In this document: positions 9,328 through 19,509 of the stretch, one piece after another | How the letters are laid out: each line of letters begins with the position of its first letter | Position numbering within the stretch: position 1 is the stretch's first letter | Source: Leptolyngbyaceae cyanobacterium | Lineage (GTDB): Bacteria; Cyanobacteriota; Cyanobacteriia; Phormidesmidales; Phormidesmidaceae | Direction: 5' to 3' | Assembly (NCBI GenBank): GCA_965263355.1 | Contig: CBDHHL010000032.1 | Location: forward strand, 320,001-384,000 | Length of the DNA: 64,000 nucleotides | Notes under the pieces: generated by a model | Databases searched by the model: none | Seen by the model: the letters and a program-made list of their open reading frames with translations, nothing else | What the model was told of the DNA's origin: nothing | Translations under genes and position numbers: made by a program

Positions 9328-9684
9328 TCATACATAGGCGCTGATGCAGGCCAACAGATGATTAAAGGGAAAGGGTTTAGTAATATATTCGTCAGCCCCC
9401 AAGCATAGGACTTGCTCACGCTCATGAGCATCACCTAGAGCTGTCATGGTAATCACAGGCGTCTGTATCCCCTGAGCACGAATTGCGTTGAGAAGCAACA
9501 CACCATCTAGATTATACAACATCAAATCTAACAAAATAAGATCAAATTTTATTGAAAAGATAAAGGATAGGGCTTGCGCTCCATCTACTGCCAGCACTTG
9601 ATAACCCGCATTTTCAAATCCTTTTGACATAAAGACCACAGCTTCAGGCTCATCCTCAACAATCAGAATAGTTGGCACAGTCAC
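9328..9684 (-). CDS. single-domain response regulator (receiver only)
   Basis: ILIVEDE, LILLDLML, MTALG, YITKPF; ORF-track start at 9768 overlaps a regulatory box, so GTG at 9684/9678 is more likely. Confidence 0.85.
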   Translation of the reverse strand: MTVPTILIVEDEPEAVVFMSKGFENAGYQVLAVDGAQALSFIFSIKFDLILLDLMLYNLDGVLLLNAIRAQGIQTPVITMTALGDAHEREQVLCLGADEYITKPFPFNHLLACISAYV

Positions 9685-9763
9685 AATTTTGAGTAATGTT
9701 GAATAAGCTTTATCAATAGCCTTATCGATAATCAGATTTACCATATATAGGTGCTGCCAAACC

Positions 9764-9875
9764 AACATCTACCTTTGGGTAGATGTTAAATTTACCCTTA
9801 TGAACATCTACCCTTGGTTAGATATCAATATCTAACCAAGGGTAGATGATTTAATATCAAGACTTATTCTAGGTT
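9764..9875. promoter_or_regulatory. divergent promoter with three ATCTA-N8-TAGAT boxes (9767-9784, 9806-9823, 9830-9847)
   Basis: Perfect consensus matches; TATGGT 21 bp downstream on - strand, TAGGTT 22 bp downstream on + strand. Confidence 0.75.
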
Positions 9876-10094
9876 AGAAAAGATGCCCCTGCTTTGTGGA
9901 AGCGTGGAAAAGTTCTACTAACATTAATTATCTCTAAATCTTACAGCTCCAGGAATGATACGGGTGTTCTAAATCCAGATTCCTATTGCACAATTTTCTT
10001 CGCCACAACAGCCAACTATCAGTTGAGATTATCTCAGCCTTTATCCCTGTTTAACTGTTTTTTGTTTTTGCAGTCGCAATAATAGGAGAATCCT

Positions 10095-10535
10095 ATGATA
10101 CGTCACGGCAGTACAGTGTCGATTGAATACACACTTACTCTAGCCGATGGTTCGTTTGTGCAAAGCAATGTTGGCAAGGAACCTCTCAGATACGTACATG
10201 GTGATACCAGTTTATTACCTGCCCTCCAGAAAGAGCTTGCAGGTCATGGCGTCAATGATGAGTTCAAGGTACAACTTCTCCCTGAACAGGCTTATGGTCC
10301 CGTAATACCTAGGCTATTCCAGCAGATACCGCTCCAAAAGATTCCGCAAGAAGCACGCACAGCAGGTACCTTGGTACACATCTCAGGAATTAAAAATTTG
10401 GTACGGGTACATGAGATCCATGAAGACGTGGCCGTCTTAGATTTCAATCATCCCCTTGCAGGCAAGAAAATCATCTTCGAGATTCGGATCCTGTCAATAC
10501 ACTCCGGACATGTCCTGAATGGCTACTCAAGTTAA
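10095..10535 (+). CDS. FKBP-type peptidyl-prolyl cis-trans isomerase (SlyD/FkpB-like)
   Basis: VSIEYTLTLADG, PEQAYG, LDFNHPLAGK. Confidence 0.92.
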   Translation: MIRHGSTVSIEYTLTLADGSFVQSNVGKEPLRYVHGDTSLLPALQKELAGHGVNDEFKVQLLPEQAYGPVIPRLFQQIPLQKIPQEARTAGTLVHISGIKNLVRVHEIHEDVAVLDFNHPLAGKKIIFEIRILSIHSGHVLNGYSS

Positions 10536-10657
10536 CAAAGTTGAGCTTACTATAGAATTTAGCAAGGCAGTTTCTACACGTGTTACTCCACTAACGATTT
10601 AAGAGATATTTAAAGTTAGAAAGCGATTAGAGGATCAGTTTAGAGCCAAGCATCTTC

Positions 10658-11015
10658 ATGGCCAGGTACACCCATCTTTTTACTACCGTTGTTCCAGTTA
10701 CCCATCTGCGCCAGTCTCTCGCTGACGTTCTTACAGCATGTGGTCTCAATGTAATCTATGAGGCATCTGGCTATCTGGTTGCCAGGGAAAAGCCTGGCCA
10801 TGTTTCCTACAGTAAACTGGCAACTGTAGAATTGCTAATTGATCTGCACCACCCCCACTCAACCGCAACATCCCAACAATCAAGCGTTTTCTACGACCAT
10901 CAATCTAGTCGTTACAAATGAGGAACTCCCCTTGATGGCTGACAACCACTGCCAGCACATATTCGAAAAAGTTAGCAAGGCGGTGACCACTGTCAGCTTA
11001 AAGACAAATCTATGA
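10658..11015 (+). pseudogene. frameshifted conserved cyanobacterial hypothetical protein
   Basis: MARYT...ATVELLID in one frame; the expected continuation INLVVTNEELPLMADNHC..IFEKV lies in another frame from ~10899 to TGA 11013-11015. Confidence 0.65.
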
Positions 11016-11049
11016 GGCGCTACGCTGCTCAAGATTCTTTTCCCAGAAA

Positions 11050-11102
11050 CTTCAAAAATCTACCTCTGGTTAGATTTTTGAAGCCAAGGCGTCAGCTAAA
11101 AT
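11050..11102 (+). promoter_or_regulatory. box ATCTACCTCTGGTTAGAT (11058-11075) + 21 bp + TAAAAT
   Basis: Box embedded in 13-bp-arm inverted repeat 11050-11083; TAAAAT at 11097-11102. Confidence 0.72.
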
Positions 11103-11257
11103 GCTGCTAAAATGAGGGGTTTTTATAAAAGAAAAATAATGTCAATCATTAATGTCAATCATTCCAATAACTCTGACGCTACCGCTAACTGGTATCGTCC
11201 TGATCAGTTGCGCAAGGTCGCACGCTAAGTCTAGCAACATAACAGTCGCTAGACTAT

Positions 11258-11805
11258 GTGGATATGATCAACTTAATGGCAGTGACGGTTAAGTCTGCAG
11301 CAGGTATGCGAGTTTATCAAACAGTCCAGCGAGAAATTGAGCAGTTAGTAGGCCATATTAATGCCCGATTTGCTTGCTTCGATTGGACGCCTATTCAGCT
11401 ATCTAAGGAACCAATTCCCTACGAAACGCTGATCGCATACATGAAAGCAGCGGACATCGCCTGGATTACGCCCTTAAGAGATGGCCTGAATTTAGTTGCT
11501 AAAGAGTATGTCATTGCCCATGGTGGCCAGGATGGAGTGTTGGTTTTGTCTGAGTTTACGGAGCAGCTGTAGAACTGCCAGAAGCCATACTGATCAATCC
11601 TTACTCAAACGACAACATGTATGCGGCGATTGACCAGGCATTAGCCATGCCAATATCAGAGCAAAAGGCCCGGATGACTTCCATGTATCAGGCATTGTGC
11701 CATTACGATGTAAAACAGTGGGCCAATCATGTATTTCGGGAAGCTAAAGCTCGTTCAGCTGGCATCAAAAAACAGGCACTCGCCAAAGTTCTCGCCTTAG
11801 CCTAA
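11258..11805 (+). pseudogene. ggpS: glucosylglycerol-phosphate synthase (GT20) 3' remnant, frameshifted
   Basis: ADIAWITPLRDGLNLVAKEYV, LVLSEF then frameshift near 11560 to GAAVELPEAILINPYS..AIDQALAMP..YDVKQWA; N-terminal part absent. Confidence 0.8.
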
Positions 11806-11816
11806 TCACAGACTTT

Positions 11817-11856
11817 TCAGACCAGCTCTCTTAGTTTCCCAAGAGAACTGGTCTGA
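11817..11856. terminator. hairpin after ggpS remnant
   Basis: TCAGACCAGCTCTCTT ... AAGAGAACTGGTCTGA inverted repeat. Confidence 0.5.
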
Positions 11857-11974
11857 CCTGTTGCATTAGTTCTTAAACCACATCCAAGTGAGCATCTTAA
11901 GTTTTTTTATAGACAAACCAGTTCTGGACTGAGGTAAGCCCAGTGCTATTGTCATCTATACAGAGTCAGTAAGT

Positions 11975-12937
11975 ATGAAGGGTAATGCCAAGTTGTCTAC
12001 AGACTACGTAAAAACATATCTAAAAGAAATTGGTCGTATTCCTCTTTTAACTCATGAAGAGGAAGTCACCTATGGCAAAGCCGTTCAAAGCCTGGTTTAT
12101 TTAGAAGAACTTCAAACTGAACTTACGAAAGAGTTAGGTCATTCTCCCAGTAGTGACGAATGGGCTGCCGCTGCACGAATCACAGTTGATGAGTTAGAAC
12201 GTCGCATAGGTCATGGCAAGTCTGCCAAAGAAAAAATGGTAGAAGCCAATCTGCGTTTGGTTGTCTCCATTGCCAAAAAATATCTTCAACGCAACGTTGA
12301 GTTTTTAGACCTAATTCAAGAAGGTACGATTGGGTTACAACGGGGTGTAGAAAAGTTTGATCCTACTAAAGGGTATCGCTTTTCTACCTACGCCTACTGG
12401 TGGATTCGTCAATCTATTTCCCGTAGCATCGCTCACAAAAGTCGTACTATTCGTTTGCCCCTCTATATCAGTGAAAAATTAAACAAAATTAAAAAGACTC
12501 AAAGACAGCTCTCGCAGAGTTTGGGACGATCCGCCACTTTTCAAGAAATTGCTGAGGTGACCAACATCGAAGTAGATAAGTTACGCCAGTACCTGTCATA
12601 CTCTCACAAAACCCTCTCCATTGACTTACGCATTGGCGAAAATCAAGACACAGAGCTGAGTGCAATACTTGAAGACGATGGTCAGACTCCTGAAGAATAT
12701 ACCGATCAAGTGTCGCTACAAGAAGATTTGCAGAAACTCATGGCCTCATTGACTCAGCAGCAGCAAGAGGTTCTGGTCCTAAGGTTTGGACTCCGTGATG
12801 GTCAATCAATGTCACTGGCCAAAGTTGGCGATGCTCTAAATCTAAGCCGGGAGCGTGTTCGTCAAATTGAACGAGAGGCCCTAAAGCGGATGCGTCAACA
12901 GCGTGGTATGGTCAAGGCATATTTGACCACTGGTTAG
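11975..12937 (+). CDS. group 2 RNA polymerase sigma factor (SigB-like)
   Basis: [48 protein letters not shown]. Confidence 0.95.
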   Translation: MKGNAKLSTDYVKTYLKEIGRIPLLTHEEEVTYGKAVQSLVYLEELQTELTKELGHSPSSDEWAAAARITVDELERRIGHGKSAKEKMVEANLRLVVSIAKKYLQRNVEFLDLIQEGTIGLQRGVEKFDPTKGYRFSTYAYWWIRQSISRSIAHKSRTIRLPLYISEKLNKIKKTQRQLSQSLGRSATFQEIAEVTNIEVDKLRQYLSYSHKTLSIDLRIGENQDTELSAILEDDGQTPEEYTDQVSLQEDLQKLMASLTQQQQEVLVLRFGLRDGQSMSLAKVGDALNLSRERVRQIEREALKRMRQQRGMVKAYLTTG

Positions 12938-12991
12938 TCAACATTGAAACTCATAAATAACAACATATCTAGAAATACATTCACACATTCC

Positions 12992-13142
12992 ATGGTTCAT
13001 TTGTCAGTCCGCCCCCGCTTCCTGAAACTCTTCAAGTCTGCCCTCGTTTTGCTCAGTGCTACGTTGCTGAGTAGTCTCTCTCCTGATGCAGCCCTAGCCA
13101 ATCCTGTATCCAACTCTCCCCTGACAGAAGGTGTTTATCTAT
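12992..13142 (+). pseudogene. 5' fragment of a secreted hypothetical protein, truncated by IS66 remnant
   Basis: Signal-peptide-like N-terminus (..ALA-NP) ending at PLTEGVYL, where transposase sequence begins. Confidence 0.55.
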
Positions 13143-13926
13143 GAGGACCCCAATCCCTATCGAGTGCAAAAAGTAGACGTGCCCCAGATAAAACCGGTTG
13201 TCGTCGAGCATCGATTTCACCAGTTAGCGTGTGAGTGCTGTGGGGCGTTGACACAGGGCTGGGACGAAGGGGTGATCAACAGTCCGAGATTTGGCGAACG
13301 ACTGACGGGATTGGTGGGGTGGCTTAGCAGTGTCGGTCATCAGTCCCATGGGCAGGTGAAGGACCTGTTGTGTGAGGTGTTTGATATAGAGATATCAACG
13401 GGAGGCATCAATCGTCTGCGGATGGAGTTGTCATATCAAGTCAGATTGAATAGCCACAATATACGGCCAGAGTAAATAAGCTATATGCCTTGTAATTTAA
13501 GGTTTTTCTAAAATTCATAGTGTGGGCCTTCTCAACGACTTGATATCAGAGTCATTGTCAGCCATCGTGGAGAGTGCGGGAGAGTATATTCAGCAACAAG
13601 CCCAGGTGAACATGGATGAGACGGGCTTTCGCCAAGGGAATGGAGATGGCAAGAATCCCCAGAAAAGCAAAGGGTGGTTGTGGGTTGTGGTGCCCCCGTT
13701 AGTGAGCTATTTTTCGGTATTTCTGTCTCGCTCACAGGAAGTTGCCAAAGCGATATTGGGAGACGCATTCAATGGCATTGTGGGCAGTGACCGATGTAGC
13801 TCCTACAGTTGGTTATGCAATGGTCAACGGCAAGTGTGTTGGGCTCATCTCAAACGAGATTTCACCAAAATCGCTGAACGCTCAGGGCGATCCACTAAAT
13901 TGGGAAAGGCCCTGCTCAAACAACAA
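13143..13926 (+). mobile_element. IS66-family transposase internal fragment, interrupted by a MITE
   Basis: EHRFHQLACECCG zinc finger, MDETG, GWLWV, RQVCWAHLKRDF; both ends truncated. Confidence 0.88.
13434..13545. mobile_element. 112-bp MITE inserted in IS66 fragment
   Basis: 9-bp perfect TIR TATCAAGTC/GACTTGATA; TCA at 13431-13433 and 13546-13548; excision restores the transposase frame (MELSESLSAIV). Confidence 0.8.
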
Positions 13927-14331
13927 AACCCACATTCCGCCATTAAATTGGCACATCGGATAATTAATAACGAAGCCAATGGATCACAGCCTCTAAAGAA
14001 GCATGAATTCTCAATAAAACCTAACTATTGAGAATAATCTAGAAATAGTTCAAATGAATTATCTAGGTGCTCAAAGTCTCTATGGAAAAGGCTTTCAGAT
14101 TTAATATTTGATTGTGACAGTTGAGAGTGCGGAATGTCGGACAAAAGCGATTGTTTGAGCGTTGGTATCAGGTCCGAGATGGAGTAGTGATTCAGCAGTT
14201 TGCTAATGGTGGAGACATCAGTTGTGGCAAAAATAGAGCGAGCTAACGTTTTGTCATACTCATCAATGATTTGTTGTTGTAAGCAGACTTGTAAGTTTTG
14301 GCGTTGCATGATGTTATCCACCTATTAGGGC

Positions 14332-16594
14332 TTAAACAACAAAGTTAAAGCCTGTACTAAAATCATTAAGAGCTACATGTTTGAGCAGGGCAATTTGCTC
14401 CAGACCACTACCAGCATTGTAGTACAAACGAGTATCACTGCCAGTATCACTCAAACTATAGTCAGAGGCTGAACCAGTAAGGACAATCAAGTCACCTGCG
14501 CCCAAACTAAAGTCTCTGATAATTGCTCGATCACCATTCTTCGCAGCAGTGTAAAATACATTGATGCCATCTCCAAGAATAAATTCATCGGCTCCTGCAT
14601 TGTCGATGAGAATATCCACCTCATCCGCCCCTTGGGCAATAGAATCGGTTCCCAACAGTTTGTCGTTACCACCCTGGCCACGCAGAAAGTCATTACCCGC
14701 ACTCCCAATCAGCTCGTCATGACTTCTGCCCCCATTGAGGGTGTCATTACCCATGCCGCCAATGAGAGCATCTTTGCCATCGCCTCCATCAAGGCTATCG
14801 TGGCCTACCCCCCCGTTGAGAATGTCATTACCCGCACCGCCATCGATATTGTCGCTACCCCCCTGACCCAATACTCTATCTTTGTCGGCCCCCCCGAAAA
14901 TCGTGTCGTTGCCACTACCACCTTGAATGCGGTCGTTACCGTTGTCGCCGTTAAGGCTGTCGTTGCCCTCACCGCCATGAATAATGTCATTCCCGTCATC
15001 GCCACTGATGGTGTCATCGCCAGTAAGGGCATCAAACGTGTCGGCACCAGGGGTAAGGGTAAACACATCATCCCCTGCGGTAGCCATGGGAAGGGAGGAG
15101 CGACCATACACCACATAGCTAACCCCGCTGAAGGCACCGCCTATGACCTGACGAGCCATGGGTGCCCCAATAATCACATCATCAAAACCATCGCCATTGA
15201 TATCCCCAGCACTGCTTACAGCCCGACCTGAAATATCAGAATAATCGATCCCATTAATGACAAACCCATTTTGACCATTCAAGCTACTTAAGTCTAGGCT
15301 GGCTCCAAAGCCACCCGATTGACCAAACACTACATAGCTTTCGCCAGCACCATTTTTACCATTGGGATCAGCCGAGGAAGCCCCAATAATCACATCGTCA
15401 AGGCCATCCCCATTGACATCCCCGGCACTGCTTACAGACCACCCTGAAACATCACCAGCATCGATACCATTAATAACGAACCCATTGATACCATCCAGAC
15501 TCTTTAAATCTAAGCTAGATTCAAAGCCATCCGATTGACCAAACACTACATAGCTTTCGCCGATATTATTTTGACCGTTAGGATCGGCCAAAGGTGCCCC
15601 AATAATTACATCGTCCAGGCCATCACCGTTGATATCTCCCGCACCACTCACAGAGAAGAAAATACTATTGCGAGTGAAGCCCTTAATGACAAACCCATTG
15701 CTGCCATTGAGATTACTCAAGTTTAGACTAGCTCCAAAGCCGCCCGACTGGCCAAACACCACATAGCTCTCGCCATCAGGGTTTTGACCACTAATGTCAA
15801 AGGAAACCCCGATAATCACATCGTCAAGACCATCGCCATTGACGTCACCAGCACTGCTGCCGGATATCCCCGAATCTATGTCAAAATCGATACCGTTAAT
15901 GACAAACCCATTGGTGCCATTCAGACTACTGAGGTCCAGACTCGCTCCAAAACCGCTAGCCTGACCAAACACCACATAGCTTTTGCCAGCACCAGTCTGA
16001 GCATTAGTAGCTCCGATAATCACATCGTCAAGGCCATCGTCATTGATATCCCCAGCACTGCTCACGGAAAAGCCTGAAAAGTCATTAGCACCAATACCGT
16101 TAATGACAAATCCATTGCTACCATTGAGGTTACTCAAGTCCAAACTTGCCCCAAAGCCACTGGCCTGACCAAATATGACATAGCTTTCGCCAGCATTGCT
16201 TTGACCATTAGGAGCAGCAAAAGGAGCCCCAATAATTACATCGTCAAGGCCATCCCCATTAATATCTCCAGCACCGCTCACAAACGAGCCTGAATAGTCC
16301 TCAGGATCAATGCCGTTAATGACAAATCCATTGGTGCCATCGAGGCTACTGAGATCCAGAGTAAAGCCAAACCCATCCGACTGGCCAAACCACATAGCTT
16401 TCGCCAGCAAGGGTTTAACCGTTAGGATCAGCATCACTAGCCCCAATAATTACATCGTCAAGGCCATCCCCATTGACATCCCCGGCACTGCTTACGGAAA
16501 TACCTAAATAGTCATACTCATCAATGCCGTTAATGGCAAACCCATCGTCAATATCAAGGCTACTGAGATCAAGTGAAGCTGGAAACGTTGTCAT
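14332..16594 (-). pseudogene. FG-GAP (integrin-alpha-like) repeat + RTX Ca-binding repeat secreted protein, inactivated near 5' end
   Basis: Repeated SAGD(I/V)[12 protein letters not shown] and GGxGxD nonapeptides; ATG at 16594, in-frame TAA at 16417-16415, then a frameshift near 16390. Confidence 0.82.
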
Positions 16595-16997
16595 ACTGTT
16601 AGTCCCCCACTAAATTTAGTGCTGTGATGGATAAATCCACTAATGCCTTCTTCTGAACTACTGAGGCGTAACCGCAAAAAAAGACGACATAGTACGGATT
16701 TATACGGAAACAAACTGGCTTAAGAGTTAAATGAGCCAACGTTTTTGTGGGTAATTACCTGAATTTATTTCATCCCCTGATGTTGTCAAGTACTGCAAAC
16801 AACTGAGAGAACGGAATTGGGTTAAGTTGGTTTGCCCGTCAACTAACCAGTCCATGTCATACTTGGCTTGGTTACACAAACAAATCAGTGACATAAAATA
16901 GCTTACGCCGTATACAGGATTAGCACGCTGATATAGGGCGCTAGCTGTCATTTTAAGCAACTAGACGGTACACAAACACAGATGCGAGGTAGCCTTC

Positions 16998-18596
16998 ATG
17001 CGCATTCTCTTAATTTATCCCCTTTTCCCTAAAAGCTTTTGGTCTTTCGATAAAACCCTTGAACTAGTCAATTTCAAGGCACAGCTTCCTCCCCTAGGGA
17101 TAATTACGGTTGCTGCTATTTTGCCTCAGGAATGGGACTACCGTTTGGTTGATCGCAATGTTCGTGACATAACGGAGGCCGAGTGGGAATGGGCTGATCT
17201 TGTATTGCTTTCAGGCATGATTGTTCAGAAAGAAGATTTTGCCGTGCAAATTCAAGCTGCCCATGCTCACGGTAAGCGAGTGGCTGTTGGTGGTCCTTAT
17301 GCTACAGCTATGCCAGATGAGGTGAAAAGAGCAGGCGCAGACTTTTTAATCTTAGATGAGGGGGAAATAACCCTACCCATGTTTGTAGCCGCACTAGAAC
17401 AAGGCGCAACCAGTGGTACCTTTCGTTCAGGGGGAGAGAAACCTGACATTACAACAACACCGATTCCTCGATACGATCTATTAGAGTTTGACGCATATGC
17501 TGAGATGTCAGTTCAATTTTCGCGTGGCTGTCCCTTCCAGTGCGAATTCTGCGACATTATTGTCCTATATGGACGAAAGCCCAGAACAAAGTCTCCTAAG
17601 CAGCTTCTAGCAGAGTTGCAATCTCTTTACGATCTGGGCTGGCGGCGCAGCATTTTTATGGTGGATGACAACTTTATTGGTAACAAGCGGAATGTAAAAC
17701 TGTTGTTAAAGGAAATGAAACCATGGATGGAAGCCCGCAACTATCCCTTTTCCTTTGCTACTGAAGCATCTGTCGATCTAGCACAAGATCTGGAACTGAT
17801 GCAGATGATGGTGGACTGTAACTTTGGTGCTGTTTTTCTGGGTATTGAGACACCGGATGATGAGAGTTTAACGTTGACACGTAAGCATCAAAATACTCGT
17901 AACCCACTGTCTCAAGCAGTAGATACAATTACTCAGTCTGGCTTACGAGTGATGGCCGGGTTTATTATTGGCTTCGACGGTGAAAAAACAGGCGCAGGCC
18001 AGCGCATTGTAGATTTTGTTGAGCAAACAGCTATCCCCACGGCTGTGCTCAGCATGCTACAGGCTCTGCCGGACACCGCTCTTTGGCATCGCTTGATAAA
18101 GGAAGATCGAATTCTGCTTCAGGAAGCCGATATTAATCAGGCAACGCTGATGAATTTTATTCCCACTCGCTCTATTGAAGAGATCACCCACGAGTTTATC
18201 AATGCGTTCTGGACCCTCTACGATCCGATAAATATATTAAATCGCACCTATCGCCATTTTCTGATGCTTGCGGAGGGACAACGTCGCCACTACCAGGGTC
18301 GGAATATTTCTGCTGGTAGTCCTGAGATTAATTGGACGATTCTACGCGCATTTGTTATTGTTTGCTGGAGACAAGGGGTTGTTCGAAAAACGCGTCTGCG
18401 CTTTTGGCTAAATCTGTTCAATATGCTGCGTCGCTATCCCGAGGCAACGGGTAACTACATTTCCGTTTGCGCTCAAGCAGAACACTTTATTGACTTTCGC
18501 GAAATCGTTAAGAAACAGATTGAAACTCAGCTTGAAACCTTCCTAAAACTAAAGCAGGAACAGCAAGAACCAAGGCAGTTACCGCTAGCTTCATAA
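16998..18596 (+). CDS. B12-binding domain radical SAM protein (DUF4070-type)
   Basis: RGCPFQCEFC CxxxCxxC motif, N-terminal PPLGIITVAA/GGPYAT cobalamin-binding domain. Confidence 0.93.
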   Translation: MRILLIYPLFPKSFWSFDKTLELVNFKAQLPPLGIITVAAILPQEWDYRLVDRNVRDITEAEWEWADLVLLSGMIVQKEDFAVQIQAAHAHGKRVAVGGPYATAMPDEVKRAGADFLILDEGEITLPMFVAALEQGATSGTFRSGGEKPDITTTPIPRYDLLEFDAYAEMSVQFSRGCPFQCEFCDIIVLYGRKPRTKSPKQLLAELQSLYDLGWRRSIFMVDDNFIGNKRNVKLLLKEMKPWMEARNYPFSFATEASVDLAQDLELMQMMVDCNFGAVFLGIETPDDESLTLTRKHQNTRNPLSQAVDTITQSGLRVMAGFIIGFDGEKTGAGQRIVDFVEQTAIPTAVLSMLQALPDTALWHRLIKEDRILLQEADINQATLMNFIPTRSIEEITHEFINAFWTLYDPINILNRTYRHFLMLAEGQRRHYQGRNISAGSPEINWTILRAFVIVCWRQGVVRKTRLRFWLNLFNMLRRYPEATGNYISVCAQAEHFIDFREIVKKQIETQLETFLKLKQEQQEPRQLPLAS

Positions 18597-18628
18597 TGAC
18601 GATTCCACTGGTACGAAGTCAGCTAATG

Positions 18629-18786
18629 GGGTATCAGCGTTAGTCGGGAAATTAGACCAGGTAAAAATTCGGAATTTGAAATAAGTCCTCTGGACGACCT
18701 AACGGTACGGAAGTCAGAAGCGGACTGCATTCCAAATTCCGAACTCTGTTTTTTTGGGAAAATCGTCCCGCTTTACGTTGGTACCC
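18629..18786. mobile_element. 158-bp MITE-like element, same family as 21778-21916 (opposite orientation)
   Basis: Imperfect TIRs GGGTATC../..GGTACCC; right end is 20/21 identical (reverse complement) to 21778-21798; internal IR TTCGGAATTTG/CAAATTCCGAA; no TSD visible. Confidence 0.65.
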
Positions 18787-18859
18787 TACAAGTGCTTTGA
18801 TAAAAACGCGATGACACACATCAGCTGGCCATCATAAACTTATTCAACACTGTTTACCA

Positions 18860-19408
18860 TTATCGATGATAAACAGCTGTAATACTTGCACTGTCGAGCA
18901 TATTTGCGCGGATCATAAAACCGACAAGCGCATTGCTTGGATTTTCAGGCAGTTCCAAACGCTCTGTACCCAGCGCATATATCGTAAAGATGTAACGATG
19001 GACTTCACCGGGAGGAGGACAAGCACCGCCGAAGGCAATTGTACCGTAATCATTTCGAATTTCAGTTGCTTCACCAGGTAGGTTGTTATTGATACTCGCA
19101 TTCTGAGCAATAGAGTTTGTAGAAGCTGGAATATTAACAACATTCCAGTGCCACCAGCCTGATCCAGTTGGCGCGTCTGGATCATACACGTTGATGGCAA
19201 AGCTTTTTGTTCCGTCCGGTGCACCAGTCCATGACAATTGTGGTGACTCGTTTTCACCTTCGCATCCAAACCCCTCGAAAACATGGGCGTTTGTCAACAT
19301 TCCGCCTTCGGAGACTGTTGTACTGGTCAAGTTAAATTCCTGCGCAGATACAGGTGATGCGATCATTGTAATGAGCAACAAGCCAAGAGCAGTAAACTTA
19401 CTAAGCAT
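18860..19408 (-). CDS. YbhB/YbcL family (PEBP / Raf kinase inhibitor-like) periplasmic protein
   Basis: Signal peptide, YDPDAPTGSGWWHW, FGGACPPPG, HRYIFT. Confidence 0.93.
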   Translation of the reverse strand: MLSKFTALGLLLITMIASPVSAQEFNLTSTTVSEGGMLTNAHVFEGFGCEGENESPQLSWTGAPDGTKSFAINVYDPDAPTGSGWWHWNVVNIPASTNSIAQNASINNNLPGEATEIRNDYGTIAFGGACPPPGEVHRYIFTIYALGTERLELPENPSNALVGFMIRANMLDSASITAVYHR

Positions 19409-19509
19409 TGTCGTGGCCCTCTCTAACTTAAGTATTGTCTACAGTCTGACTTTAGCAAGGACAGTTTTACTCTACTTCCAGCAATCAAGCAAAAACTATC
19501 GAAAAACGC

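Noticed and set aside
11152..11292. 46-aa ORF with lipobox-like LISC behind the 11058 promoter
   Set aside because: No basic N-region, overlaps the ggpS remnant, start lies in a tandem duplication; insufficient support
14487..16507. Multiple overlapping ORFs on both strands in the FG-GAP gene
   Set aside because: Shadow frames produced by repetitive Gly/Asp-rich codons
15150..16560. Regularly spaced ~200-bp repeats as a possible CRISPR or DGR array
   Set aside because: They are degenerate protein-coding FG-GAP repeats; no spacers, cas or reverse transcriptase genes
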